From Chiloscyllium plagiosum (Eukaryota): 64,000 nt of DNA. Below, piece after piece: positions 51,562 through 63,603 of this stretch. The notes under the pieces were generated by a model. It saw only the letters and a program-made list of their open reading frames with translations. It did not search any database and was not told the DNA's origin. Positions within the stretch are counted from its first letter, which is position 1; each line of letters opens with the position of its first letter. The position numbers and the translations under genes are program-made. Where the stretch lies: contig NC_057720.1 in assembly GCF_004010195.1 (NCBI RefSeq), forward strand, positions 21,487,882 to 21,551,881. Reading direction: 5' to 3'.

Positions 51562-51736
51562 TCACTTTCTCTCAGCCTATTATAAATACCTCCCTATTTC
51601 TCCCTTTTTTTAGCTTTGACAAAGGGTCAGTTAGACTCAAAATGTTAGCTCTTTTCTCTCCTTATAGATGCTGCCAGACCTGCTGAGATTTTCCAGCATT
51701 TTCTCTTTTGGTCGGAAGATGTGCTTGGCTCCCATA

Positions 51737-52655
51737 AAGTCATAGAGTCATACAGCACGGAAGTGGACCCCTCATTCCAAACAGAACATGACAACCATAA
51801 TCCAAAACAAAACTAATCCCACCTCCCTATCCCTGGCCCATATCCCTCCAAACATTTCTTATTCATGTACTTTTTAAATGCCTTTTAAAAATTGTAACTG
51901 TGCCCGCATCCACCATTTCCTCAGGAAGTTCATTCCAGGTGCAAAGCACCCTCTGTGTAAAAAAAAGAAATTGCCCATCAGGTCTTTTTAAATCTCTCTC
52001 CTTTCACCTTAAAAATATGCTGCCCTAAACATGAAATTCCCCTTCCTAGGGAAAAGACACTTACCATTAGAACATAGGAACGTAAGAAACAGCAGCAGGA
52101 GTAGGCCTCCAAACCACTGAGCCCGCTCTGCCATGCAATAAGATCATGGCGTATCTTTTCATAGACTCAGCTCCACTTACCCACCCTCTCATTGTATCCC
52201 TTAATTCCTTTACTGTTCAAAAATCTATCTATCTTTGCTTTAAAAACATTCAACGAGGCAGCCTCAAATGCTTCACTGGATAAGAAATTCCACAGATTCA
52301 TAACCCTTTGGATGAAGAAGTTCCTTCTCAACCCACATCTAAATCTACTTGCCCCCTTATTTTGAAACTTTACCTCCTAGTTCTAGTTTCACCCACCAGT
52401 GGAAACAACCTCCCTACTTCTACCTAATCTGTTCCTTCATAATTTTATATGTTTCAATAAGATCTACCCCCCCAATCTTCTAAATGCCAATGAGTATAGT
52501 TCCAGTCTACTCAATTTCTCCTCATAAGCCAAGCTTCTCAATTCCAGAACCAATCTAGTAAACCTCCTCTGCACCCCCTCCAGTACCAATACATCCTCTC
52601 TCAAGTAAGGATACAATTGACTCTATCTATACTCCTCATAATTTTATAAACATTT
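51737..52655 (-). mobile_element. Two nested CR1 fragments (outer ~51737-52068 and ~52615-52655; inner ~52069-52612)
   Basis: Two distinct CR1 tails (gtcatagagtcata; agaacataggaacgtaag), each followed by antisense ORF2 C-terminal sequence. Confidence 0.8.
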
Positions 52656-52913
52656 CACCTCCAGTAGTGGCCAATGGCACAGGAATTTGGCCAAGAACTC
52701 TGCAGATCTTCTGCAGTAAATTGCAACGCAACACCTTCCCAAATGGTGCTGCGCTGTGATACTGTGACAAAACCCAACTTGGTTTCTGCAACAATGTTGA
52801 ATCGTAGTGTTATGTAAAGCTACTATCTATGAAAGAGTGTATGAATGTGGGTCTTTGCTGCTCCAAAGTCAACTTTTTCTCGTTCACAGTGATCACTGTC
52901 AATTGAAAACAGA

Positions 52914-54075
52914 GATAGAACATAGAACATAGAACAATACAGCGCAGAGCAGGTCCTTCAGCCCTCAATGTTGCGGCGACCTGTGAACTATTCTCAGCTT
53001 GTCCCCCTACACTATGCCAAAATCATCCATGTGCTTATCTAAGGATTGTTTAAATCTCCCTAATGTGGCTGAGTTAACAACATCAGCAGGTAGGGCATTC
53101 CACACCCATACCACTCTCTGTGTAAAGAACCTGCTTCTGACATCGGTCTTAAATCTATCACCCCTCAATTTGTAGTTATGCCCCCTCATACACGCTGACG
53201 TCATCATCCTATTTTCACTGTCTACCCTATCTAATCCTCTGATCATCTTGTATGTCTATCAAATCCTGTCTTAGCCTTCTTCTTGCCAATGAGAACAGGT
53301 TCAAGTATCTCAGCCTTTCCTCATAAGACCTTCCCTCCAGACCAGGCAACATCCTGGTAAATCTCCTCTGCACCTTTTCCAATGCTTCCACATCCTTCCC
53401 GAAATATGAGTACCAGAACTGTACACAATATTTCATTTGTGGCCGCACCAGCATTTTGTATAGTTGTAGCATGATATTGCGGCTCCAAAACTCAATCCCT
53501 CTATGAATGAAACCTAACACACCGTATGCCTTCCTAACAGCACTATCCACCTGGGTGGCAACTTTCAGGGATCTATGTACATGGACTCCAAGATCTCTCT
53601 GCGCATCCACACTACCAAGAATCTTTCCATTGACCCATTACTCTGCCTTCCTCTTATTCTTCCCAAAGTGCATCACCTCACATTTAGCTGCATTGAACTC
53701 CATTTACCACCTCTCAGCCCAATTCTGCAGTTTATCCAAATCCCCCTGCAACCTGTAACATTCTTCAACACTGTCCACTACTCCACCGACTTTAGTGTCG
53801 CCTGCAAATTTACTAATCCATCCACCTATGCCTGCGTCTAAGTCATTTATAAAAATGACAAACAGCAGTGGTCCCAAAACAGATCCTCGTGGCACACCAC
53901 CAGTAACTGGACTCCAGGCTGAATATTTTCCATCAACCACCACTCACTGCCTTCTTTCAGAAAGCCAGTTTCTAATCCAAACTGCTAAATCACCCTCAAT
54001 TCCAGGCCTCTACATTTTCTCCAACAGCCTACCATGTGGAACCTTTTCAAAGGCTTTACTGAAGTCCATGCATAC
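52914..54075 (-). mobile_element. 5'-truncated CR1 LINE
   Basis: VTGGVPRGSVLGPLLFVIFINDLD...SKFAGDTK; LEKVQRRFTRMLPG; (TTCTATG)n tail at 52914-52935. Confidence 0.95.
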
Positions 54076-57000
54076 CATGTGGTGATTTTTTTTCTCTCAG
54101 AGTTTCGAGTCTTTGGAATTGTCTTTCCGAATAGACAGTGGAAGCAGAAGTGGATAGTTTTTTGTTAAGAAGTGGGGGGGGGCATGAAAGGTTATCAGGC
54201 GTAGGAGGGAGTAGGGTTTGAGAATACAAACATAAAAGCTATGATCTCCTTAAATAGCAAAGCTGCGTCTAGGAGCTCAAACCTGCTTCTTTTTGCTATG
54301 TACATATGAGGCAAGGGAAATTAAATACTACAATTGACATAAACACCAAATGAGCTCTTACGATAGTTTTTCATATATTCATGTCGCTTTAAAATCTTTA
54401 TTCCTTCCATTAAACATTAAACGTTGGAACGACCAAAACAATTGACATTGCAAAGATTCTATAAATATCTTTCAGCCCCCTCCAAAGCCATTAATTCAAC
54501 CTAAACAAGTCAATAATCAATCTTTCACCAAGCCCTCTTATCCATGAGTTGTATCTCAAATTCTCTTCCTCATGTTTAATTCCCTCCTTCACTCTGAAAC
54601 GGCTTACAGTGGTTTGATAAAAGCTAATTATTTCATGATATTTTCAGAACGCTAGGTAATCATTCGTAATGGAAAAGGAAAGTCAAAATAAATATTTTTC
54701 AAAATGTTATTTTAGTTTCGAAAATAATCACAGGAAGCATTGAAATAAGATCAAAGGTAATGCCTTAAAGTTGAATGGATTTGGAACTCCTATTCATGTG
54801 GTTACATAATATCTATTATATGCAGTGGAATTAGATAAAAGTTATATATAACTCGATCATATCATGGCCCCATCAACATTGTGTAAATTGCCAATTACCG
54901 GACCTATGCACAAGCTACTCACCTCTTCCATGGTTGCCACTGTAACTCAAACTGATGTGTTAGTCACTGTTCTCTGTTTAGATGATAGGCAACAGCATGA
55001 GAGACAAAGACCTTTGTATTAGAATGTAGACAAAGAAATAAGGGTTTAAAATATAGTTGCAATAAGAAATATCGTCAAAGTAGATGCTAAAACAATTATT
55101 TCCATTTAATTATGTTGCATAAATATGCAATTGTACTGCGCAGATGTTAAAGCAAACTAAGTGAGTAATTGAAGTTATTAAGTAGTCTCACTAATGCGTA
55201 AGTTTGCCACTCTCACAATCTAAGCCTATAAAATTATCAAAGTTAATTTGCTAAACCATTTCCTTGATAATCACACTGATAAGACTAAAAGAAAAGATTT
55301 TCAATGTTACATTAATAACATCCTATTAGTTGTGAAGCAATAAGCTAGGCTGAGTTGCTTCCTTGCAGTTAGGGAGGGAAGATTAGCAGGCAAGTGTCCC
55401 TTGACATTCATATGTACTTCTTAACATCTCTGTAAATAGTACTGACAGAGGTCTGAGGCCTGTCCATCCTCTTCAGTATAGAAGTGCGTGTAGTGCAGGA
55501 GAGGTACTTAATAGAATCTCCTGCAGCGTTAGAAGTGCCTGCTTCATAGCAGAAATATCACTTGTTTCTTTTTTCCTTTCGGTTTTAAAATAATTCTGAG
55601 GCAGTATTTTTGTTTTCCATTTTTGATATCTGCTGCGGGTCACAGGATGTTAAGCACACTTTTCCTTCAGTTAATTAAATTTTAAAATAGTTTTTTTAAA
55701 ACTAGCTTGAACACTTATCCAATTATTTTACCACATCATTCTTTTAGCCCTCTTGTTCTTCCACTGAAGATAGTTTCAATTTTTTTTCAGGGGTTATGCT
55801 GAGGCAATGGGGTTTGTAATGGGACTGCAATTGGAATAATATTACCTGACATGCTAAAGATGATATCTCTGTACATCTAGTAGGTGCCATCTTTTATTTC
55901 ATTTCAAATTGAATAAGAAAATCATGTCAATCATTAATCAGATTGTACTTGATGTGCATCTTTGTTACAGACGTCATGGAAGCAATGTGTGCTTCATATT
56001 AACTTACATTTGAATATTAGACCTTTAAAATTTAAACCCAGAAAAGTCAAGGCAGAGTTTGACACAGATTATTGGATGTGCATTTTTTAAACCGGGAATC
56101 AATAGAGTGGGCACATGGGAATTATTGTAACTGTTAAGGTGAACTGTGATTTAATGCTGATGTTGTCATGTGCTGACATCATATGCATAAATCATAGGAG
56201 TCATGTCTAGACAGTCACAAGGCGATGACACAGCTGGAGCTTGAGCAAGCATTACCCAGAACATTTCAAGCCTGATACAAAATGAGATATCTATTACAAC
56301 ACATTTACACTATTTTAAAGGGAATTTGCCAACCTGTGTTTTATTTGGTCATTAAAAAATTACTTTCTGGCACTTTTTAAAATGCACTTTCTTTTTGTTG
56401 AATGTAATAGAAATAATTAGCAATAAATGATCAAAACATAGAATTGAAGATCCACAAAAGGCCATAAAATGAATTAAGTTGTGTACTTAAAGAGTCAGCA
56501 ACACTGCTAAGACAGGGTTATTAACCCACACTTTCAGACTGACTGGAACTGCACTATTAAACTGCATAGGGTATATTTCGCCTTTAATCTCTATGTGCAA
56601 ATAATGCAAGAGTGTATTGTTTCTTTTCAAAAGAAAGTGATAGTGTGTTTGGTTGTTGAAGAAGTAACCTAGCATGTAAATACCTTCAGCAGTTATTGAA
56701 TTTTAATACGTGACTGTTGAAAGCACTTATAAGATAAACAATTTTCAAAATGCAGTATTTTGTTTATCTTTGGAATTGACAGTTCAGTTCTTGAAGCAAG
56801 ATTACATATGCACACGTACTTTAGTACATTCAGAGAATACACTTAGTCCAATTTTAAAACAAATGACTTTTATTGTGCAATTATGCCAGTTATTTCTGGA
56901 CCATTGTGTTGGTTTGAAGAATGGCATGAAGGCTCATCACCCTGCCATATAATTGAGATGATAATGGTATCACTGCCATTGGAACATGTTATTAGCTCAA

Positions 57001-57520
57001 GAGCTACCATTCAAATGAGAGCACAGCACATACGGTGCAGTCCTGTTTTCAGGAGGCGGTATTTGACTCATCCAAAAGCAAACCACTGCAAATGCAAACC
57101 TGAAAACACAAGAGCACGTCAGTCAGCATTGGTGGAGAGATGCAAATGTCAAAGCTTTGGGTTAGTGACCTCTTGTCAGGTCCATATGTAGAGAAATGTT
57201 CTCTATAAGCTTCAACATAAAACAAAACAATTGCACAGTTACAAAAACTTTAACATCCTACTGCCAAAAATAATTGAAAGGCAAGAAATGTTGAAACTGA
57301 GACCTGATGCAAGTTCATTTGCCTTAGTTCTGGAGATGTTAATGTTGTTTCCAAAATCACCTGCTGATGGTCTCTATTTTCATTTCAGCTTTTGCTAGTA
57401 TTTTGTGAGTTGAAGGCATATGAGAGCAGCTGAATTTCCAATACAGTTCACTTGTGTTCCCATGACAGGATAGAACTGGCCTTACTTAATTTCCTAAACA
57501 CACTATGCAAAATACCAGAA

Positions 57521-57799
57521 AGATTAGATTACTTACAGTGTGGAAACAGGCCCTTCGGCCCAACAAGTCCACACCAACCTGCTGATGAGCAACCCACCCA
57601 GACCCATGCCCCTACACCACGGGCAATTTAGCATGGTCAATTCACCTGACCTGCATATCTTTGGACTGTGGGAGGAAACCCACGCAGACATGGGGAGAAT
57701 GAGCAAACTCCACACAGACAGTTGCCCGAGGCAGGAATTGAACCCAGGTCTCTGGCCCTGTGAGGCAGCAGTGCTAACCACTGTGCCACCGTGCTGCCC
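57521..57799 (-). mobile_element. HE1-type V-SINE
   Basis: Full head gggcagcacggtggcacagtggttagc, V-domain, (AATCT)n tail. Confidence 0.93.
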
Positions 57800-57914
57800 A
57801 TAAAGGCTATGACAAGGCTATGGAGCAGTGTGATAGATATAAGGCTTGCTACCTTCTTGCTTTAACTCCATAGCGGAAAGGATTAGATGTTGCTCTTCAT
57901 CTGTTGTTTGTAAT

Positions 57915-58700
57915 TTTGATTGCAAGAACGTTTGAGTACATGAGTAAAGAAAGCTTGAACAAAAACTGAAGTTGCAGATCTGGCAGCATGTGAAGAAAAG
58001 TCAGAGTTAACATTTCGGGTCGGGTAACCCTTCCTTTGAACAGTTCTGAGGAAGTGTCACTGGACCTGAAATGTTAACTCTGATTATTCTTCACAGATTC
58101 TGCCAGATCTGTTGAAATTTTCCAGCACTATCTGTGTTTGTTCCCAATTTACAGCATCACAATTCTTTCAGTTTTTTTAAAAGAAACCTTGCTGCATTTG
58201 TATAGAGCCTCAGCGAGACCATGTAGTTTTGAATTCCTTACGAAATGAAATAGATATTTGTCATAAAGGGTGTGCAACACAGGTTCACCAGACTGATGCC
58301 TGGGATTGTTATATGAGGAGAGATTGAGGTGACTATACCTGCATTTTCTAGAGTGGTGACCTCATTGAAGCAAACATAATTCTGACAGAGCTTGATGGGA
58401 TAAATGCAGGAAACATGTTTCCCTTCACTGGTTGCGGGTAGCAGAACAACCAAGGGACACAGTCTTAGAATGACAGATAAGCCATTTAGGACTGAGGTGA
58501 GAAAGAATTTCTTCACTCTGATGGCGATCCAGTCAGACTTTCAAGATAGAGACCATTAGATTTCTGGATATTAAAGAGATCAAGGGATGTGGGGATACTG
58601 CATTGGAAAATGCCACTGAGGTGAATGATCAGGTATTATCTACTTGACCAGCTTGAGGAATCAAAGGGTCTGCTCCTATTTCTGTTCCCTCTGTTTCTAT
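57915..58700 (+). mobile_element. Old CR1 fragment hosting a PLE palindrome
   Basis: aggttcaccagactgatgcctgggat; tttaggactgaggtgagaaagaatttcttcac. Confidence 0.7.
57958..58179. mobile_element. Palindromic Penelope-terminus mini-element (GGGUC-stem subfamily)
   Basis: tcagagttaacatttcgggtc...gaacagttctgaggaagtgtcactggacctgaaatgttaactctga; TSD aaagaaagcttg 57946-57957 / aaagaaaccttg 58180-58191. Confidence 0.8.
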
Positions 58701-61700
58701 TATCTCACAAGAAATGAATTTGAGCAGTCTTATTTCATTTTGTTTTATGGGGTCATGGGCCCAAGTTAAATACCCCCCATTGAATGGCAACCTTAGTGAG
58801 AAGGGGACAAAATGTGAGAGATAGTGGGGGTGTTACATTGGCACAGTAGGGAATGCTGTTTGAAGTGGGGAAGGGGTATTTTGATGGGACAGGGTCGAGA
58901 AAGATTTCCTCTGCATCAGCTTCTTGACCAGAGATGTGTTCTTACTTGATGAACAAGAAGCTGCCTACAACTCCAACAGAACTAAGAGTGTAATTGTAAT
59001 GTAACTGTAGCACTATTGATAGCCTGACAAGTACTACTGTATTTGACAATCTCTGTCAGCAGCTAATAAGAGAGGGGTCACCCCGGTATCCTGAGCATGA
59101 CAGAACAATACTAACAGTATGTAACAGTATTTAATTTATTTAAATGAGAGTTGAAAGTACAGGGATTGCTCATAGTGATGCTGTGATATTTACACTGACA
59201 CAGTAAAGGAGCAGGCTTGCTGTCCTTTAAATGGCATCAACAGGGGGTTGCTATTTTTGCTGAAAACTTAGCTTCAGGTTTAGTGGCTGATGCAAGAACT
59301 AAGATGACCAATCACACAGTCTATTAACAGACCAATAGAGCACTAATCATGCCTTGTATGATTTCATGCTCATTGACAAGCACTTGCCAACCCTCACTGG
59401 GTCTATATTTTCCATCTTATCGTCTCCAGCCCAACGCCCTCCCTCCATCACTTTCCCCCCTTTCCATCGCTGCTTTTGCGTGACCCAATCCCTCTTCAAG
59501 TAGCTCTATCAAGTATCTCATTGTACTATAAGTAACAACATCTCCTTTCAAAATCCTTTTAGAACCACTACTGAAGAGCCCAAACCTTGTTCAAGTGAGG
59601 AAACAATTTGCACCTGGTGCTTAATAATTTCTTAAACTATCCACTGTCTCTATTAGAATGCGGATAGAGATGAGATGGGAATGATTCAATGTTTTGATCA
59701 GCTATAATCATATTGAATGGCAGGGTGGACTTGATGGGCTGAATGGCCTACTCCTGTTCCTACTTTATAGGTGACTGATTCACTGAATTTCTCTAATCTG
59801 CTCAAAAATATTATCCGGATTTACCTGTCTAAACATTGCCTTTCCTGGCTCCATTCTGACTTCTTCAGTTTTGATCTTTTTTATGTCATTGTAGTGAAGC
59901 TCAGTGGAAGGTTGAAAATGATCTTTGATCTCTTCTGTTGGGGAAGCAGCTGTGGTTTGGGCTTTAGCATTGATTTTAGTAACTTCAGACCTTCCTCATT
60001 CCCCTCACAGCAGTGGATACTGCCAATGCAGCGAGGGTGTCTGGGTGCAAACGGAGGGAGGCTAGACCCATACTGTGAGTCCGTCGCGCAATTGGACGAT
60101 TCCACCATGTCCCACTTCTGTCATTTCTGTCATATTCACAACACTTTCCTTTACTAAACATTTATTCCTCATTCTTTACTTTTTCGAAAAATTCGCATTA
60201 TTTGTTTTTTTATGGATCTCTCTTTGCTTCCTTCTCCAATATCTACTCATCCTTTTGTCCTTTTATCTATGCGTGTGTTATTTCATTGTTGATATTTCTT
60301 ATACAGCCAGTTGCAATTTTGCAGTTTTCTAGTTATTTTAAGCAGCAACTCCCTCTGTGATTTAAATATCTTTTGATCCTCTGCTTTCTCCCCCAGTATT
60401 TTTCACTTTTATTTTCCAACTTTATTAAAATGCCTGTTGATCGCCAAATAATGAGTGCAATGAGGGATACAATATTCTAAAGGTTACGATTTCCCCTTGC
60501 TCTTTACAGATGTTGAATGAACTGCTGTTATTTCCAGCAATTTCTATTTCTTCCTTTCTTTATTCCAAAATATCCACATTCATTGTTTTTGAAAAAACCT
60601 TCAATTCAGATTACAACCTGAGAGTTACTTTTATTCAGACTGTGTGGAGACAGATTTGCATACAAATCAATTGCTTCAAAAGCCATTCATATACTTTTGA
60701 AAATAGATCTTATATTTACTTATATTTGCCTTTATATATCAAGTATTTGACATTTAGAAGACTTTATTATTTCTGAAGGTGATGCCTAGTGGAAAGCATA
60801 TATAATCTTTGAAAGCTGTGAAATCAAAATTGGTTCTCACTGAAATAAGGATTCTTGGTGAGTCATAATACACTTATATGAATTTTAATTTTAAAACAAG
60901 GATCAACAGATTATTTGAAATATTTGGAATATTTATAAAACTCATAGGCATACTGTAAATTACCTACTGCTATGTGTTAAACTCCAGATATCAGGATGAT
61001 GAAAAATAGATATTGCCCTTTTTAAAATTAAAACTGCAGTTTAATTTTGTAGTAAAGATGAGACGATTGAAATTAATGAGGTTTCAGAATGTCATCTTTA
61101 GTGTAGTTGGAAATAATTATGCTAATCAGCAGTCATTTTTCTGCTGTAGGTGTGAAGGTGCTGGTATTAAACATAATAAAGATCACAGACTATGAAGTGC
61201 AGAATTGTTTGGACAATGTCTGCCCATTTATATGAAGAATGTGCTGTGTGCATTGGATTTTTGAGAAATCATGTCAAATAACACACCGTGAATTCTGAAC
61301 AGTCGTGACAGATGTAGGCAAACCAATATTTGGATTTTAATTTGAGGAAGAGTGAAATTTGCAGGCTTTGTAAAGGACATCATAGCTAAAGCAATAGATT
61401 TATTACATATTTTTCTATTACTAATGCTGTATTTAAAACTTTGGTGTTCTCTTTATGACAGTGATTTTTGAAGTTAATTCCATGAGCTAAGGTGGAAACA
61501 AACAGGAGTGCGTGTAAATTTCATTTGATGTTTATTGTTGGATGCCATTTATCTTTGGATATTTAGACAAACTGCTTTAAAACTACAGAAAACAGTTAAC
61601 AAAGAGGCTTGCTTCAGTGAGCATCAACGAGCACATTTGCAATAGAATATAATTTATTATTGGAGGTCTTGTGGTGTCATTTCAGACTTTGGAGTGGAGT

Positions 61701-62757
61701 AGGTGCCTTAAGTTTTCGAATTATCATTAGATTTGAAGTTTCTTGCTCCAAGTCTTTTCATGCAGACTATGTGACAACAGCTGTAACTATCCAGTCTCAC
61801 ACAGACAGAGAAATCTGGCAGGCAGCATAGAGTTTATGAGATGAAATGCTAAAATCTTCAAAAGAAAATGATTCCCTCTTGACAATAAAATGCAGCTGGT
61901 ATCTTCATATCTTAAAGATTTTAACATTTCAGAAGCAGCACAGAAAGAAAAGGTATTGCATTTTCAAAAGAAAGCATTTAGAATAAACAAGTAATAGGAG
62001 GTTTCTCTACTATTCTCTGCCTTTGTCAGTGTTCCAAAGGGACCATTTCTCCAGGACATTCTGGTCTGCTCATCCTCCATTCTCAATACATTCCTACACT
62101 CCCATGCATGGTGTAACACTGGTCCATTTGCCTCCTTTCTCCTCACTATCCAAGGTCCCAGACACACCTTCCAGGTGAAGGAGTGATTTACATGCACTTC
62201 ACTCAATCTAATCTACTGTATTCATTATTCACCATGTGGGCTCGTCTACACAGGGGACACAAAATGCAGACTGGGTGAATGCTTTGCAGAATGCCTACAT
62301 TCTGTCTGTAGGTTCCCTGGTTGCCTGCCACTTCAACACACCACCATAGTCCCGCACCAACACTTCAGTCATGCTTGCTGCAGTACTGCCTCAGTGCAAG
62401 CTCGAAGAACAGCATCTCAGTTTCCATTTGGACACCCTGCAGTCTCTAGTACTCAGCACTGAGTTCAATAACTTTAGAGCCTGATTCCATCCTGTCATGT
62501 TTTTTACATACTGCCACACCCTGGCCCTGTCATGATATGGATTCAGCAAAGGCAACCCATTCCCACCCACTCATAGTCCTATTATCACATTACATAGGTT
62601 ATTTACACCACAGATCATCCATTTTCTCCTATTCTCAGCCCTTAGTATCATTTATTCAGCTTTTCATCTGTCCTTTTATCAATAATCCCTCATTTGCCTG
62701 CCTCCCCCTTTCATTGCTCTGTCTGTCTGTCTCTCTCTCTGGGCTCTACCTCCATCT

Positions 62758-62886
62758 GATTCCTGAAGAAGGGCTTATGCCCGAAACGTCGATTCTCCTG
62801 TTCCCTGGATGCTGCCTGACCTGCTGCGCTGTTCCAGCAACACATTTTCAGCTCTGATCTCCAGCATCTGCAGACCTCACTTTCTC
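62758..62886 (+). mobile_element. Penelope-terminus mini-element (hammerhead to 3' end), well preserved
   Basis: Perfect 14-bp TSD ctctacctccatct at 62744-62757 and 62887-62900. Confidence 0.9.
62761..62792 (+). ncRNA. Minimal type I hammerhead ribozyme motif
   Basis: UC-CUGAAGA(62763-69)-A-GGGC-UUAU-GCCC-GAAAC-GUC(62788-90)-GA. Confidence 0.72.
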
Positions 62887-63267
62887 CTCTACCTCCATCT
62901 AACTGTTTACCTTTCCCTCACACCCCAAACCTCATCTTCACCATAAATGCCTTTTTTTCTGAGCTGCTATTGGTTCTGAGGAAGAGTCACCATGGACTCA
63001 AAATGTTAACTCTGCTTTCTCCCACTAATGCTCCCAGACCTGCTAAGTTTCACTAGCAATCTCTGTTTTCATTTCAGATAGCATCAGCAGATTGTTGTTT
63101 TATTTCCCTAAAATGCCCTTACTTACTGAGTTTCTAGAGCATTCTGAGATCATGAATGTGCAAACAATTCAGATAATCTCCCCAAATTTTATTCATGTAC
63201 ACAATTTATGAACTGGAAGATTGAACATTGTTAGATTGTGACCCATTCAAACTGGATACAACAGTGT

Positions 63268-63375
63268 TTTTTTTATTCTCTTGTGGGTAGTGGACATCAC
63301 TGGCCAGCATTTATTGCCAATTCCTCGTTGCTCTTGAAAAGGTGATGGTGAGTTGCCTTCATGAAATGCTGAACT
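63268..63375 (-). mobile_element. 3' tip of the CR1/L2-group LINE
   Basis: catcactggccagcatttattgcc...cttgaaaaggtgatggtgagttgccttc matches 22925-23030. Confidence 0.7.
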
Positions 63376-63464
63376 CCAAGTACCACAAGACTCATTGAGT
63401 TACTATGTGACTTCTTTCTGTGACATATTCATTGTGTTGTTTCTCAGTGTTTTTTACTCTGTTC

Positions 63465-63603
63465 GTAGAGTCATAGCACCATGCAGCATGGAAGAGACCC
63501 TCCAGTCCAACCAATCCATGCCGAACATAATCCCAATCCACATTAGCCCAACCTGCCTGCACCTGGTCCATATCCCTCCAAACCTTTCGCACTCATGTAT
63601 CTT
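63465..63603 (-). mobile_element. CR1 3' end fragment
   Basis: tagagtcatagcaccatgcagcatggaagagaccc. Confidence 0.75.

Larger units (their letters stand above)
50568..51712 (+). mobile_element. Penelope-like element (linker region and 3' terminus), spanning a gap
   Basis: GFPPTVVDRALD...NKDKIPLVLTFHPTSLHMHRIILRHFRQL; pyrimidine-rich 3' UTR; decayed terminal HHR at 51616-51646. Confidence 0.8.
62010..63100 (+). mobile_element. Penelope-like element: GIY-YIG endonuclease remnant and 3' terminus
   Basis: 62113 onward reads CNTGPF...FTCTSLNLIYCIHYSPCGLVYTGDTKCRLGECFAE (GIY-YIG-type LIY...YTG); decayed terminal HHR at 62976-63007. Confidence 0.85.

Noticed and set aside
55494..55525. 9-bp inverted repeat tgcaggaga/tctcctgca
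   Set aside because: Too short to distinguish from chance without conservation data.
10675..57799. Minus-strand bias of HE1 copies (7 of 9)
   Set aside because: Sample too small to be meaningful.
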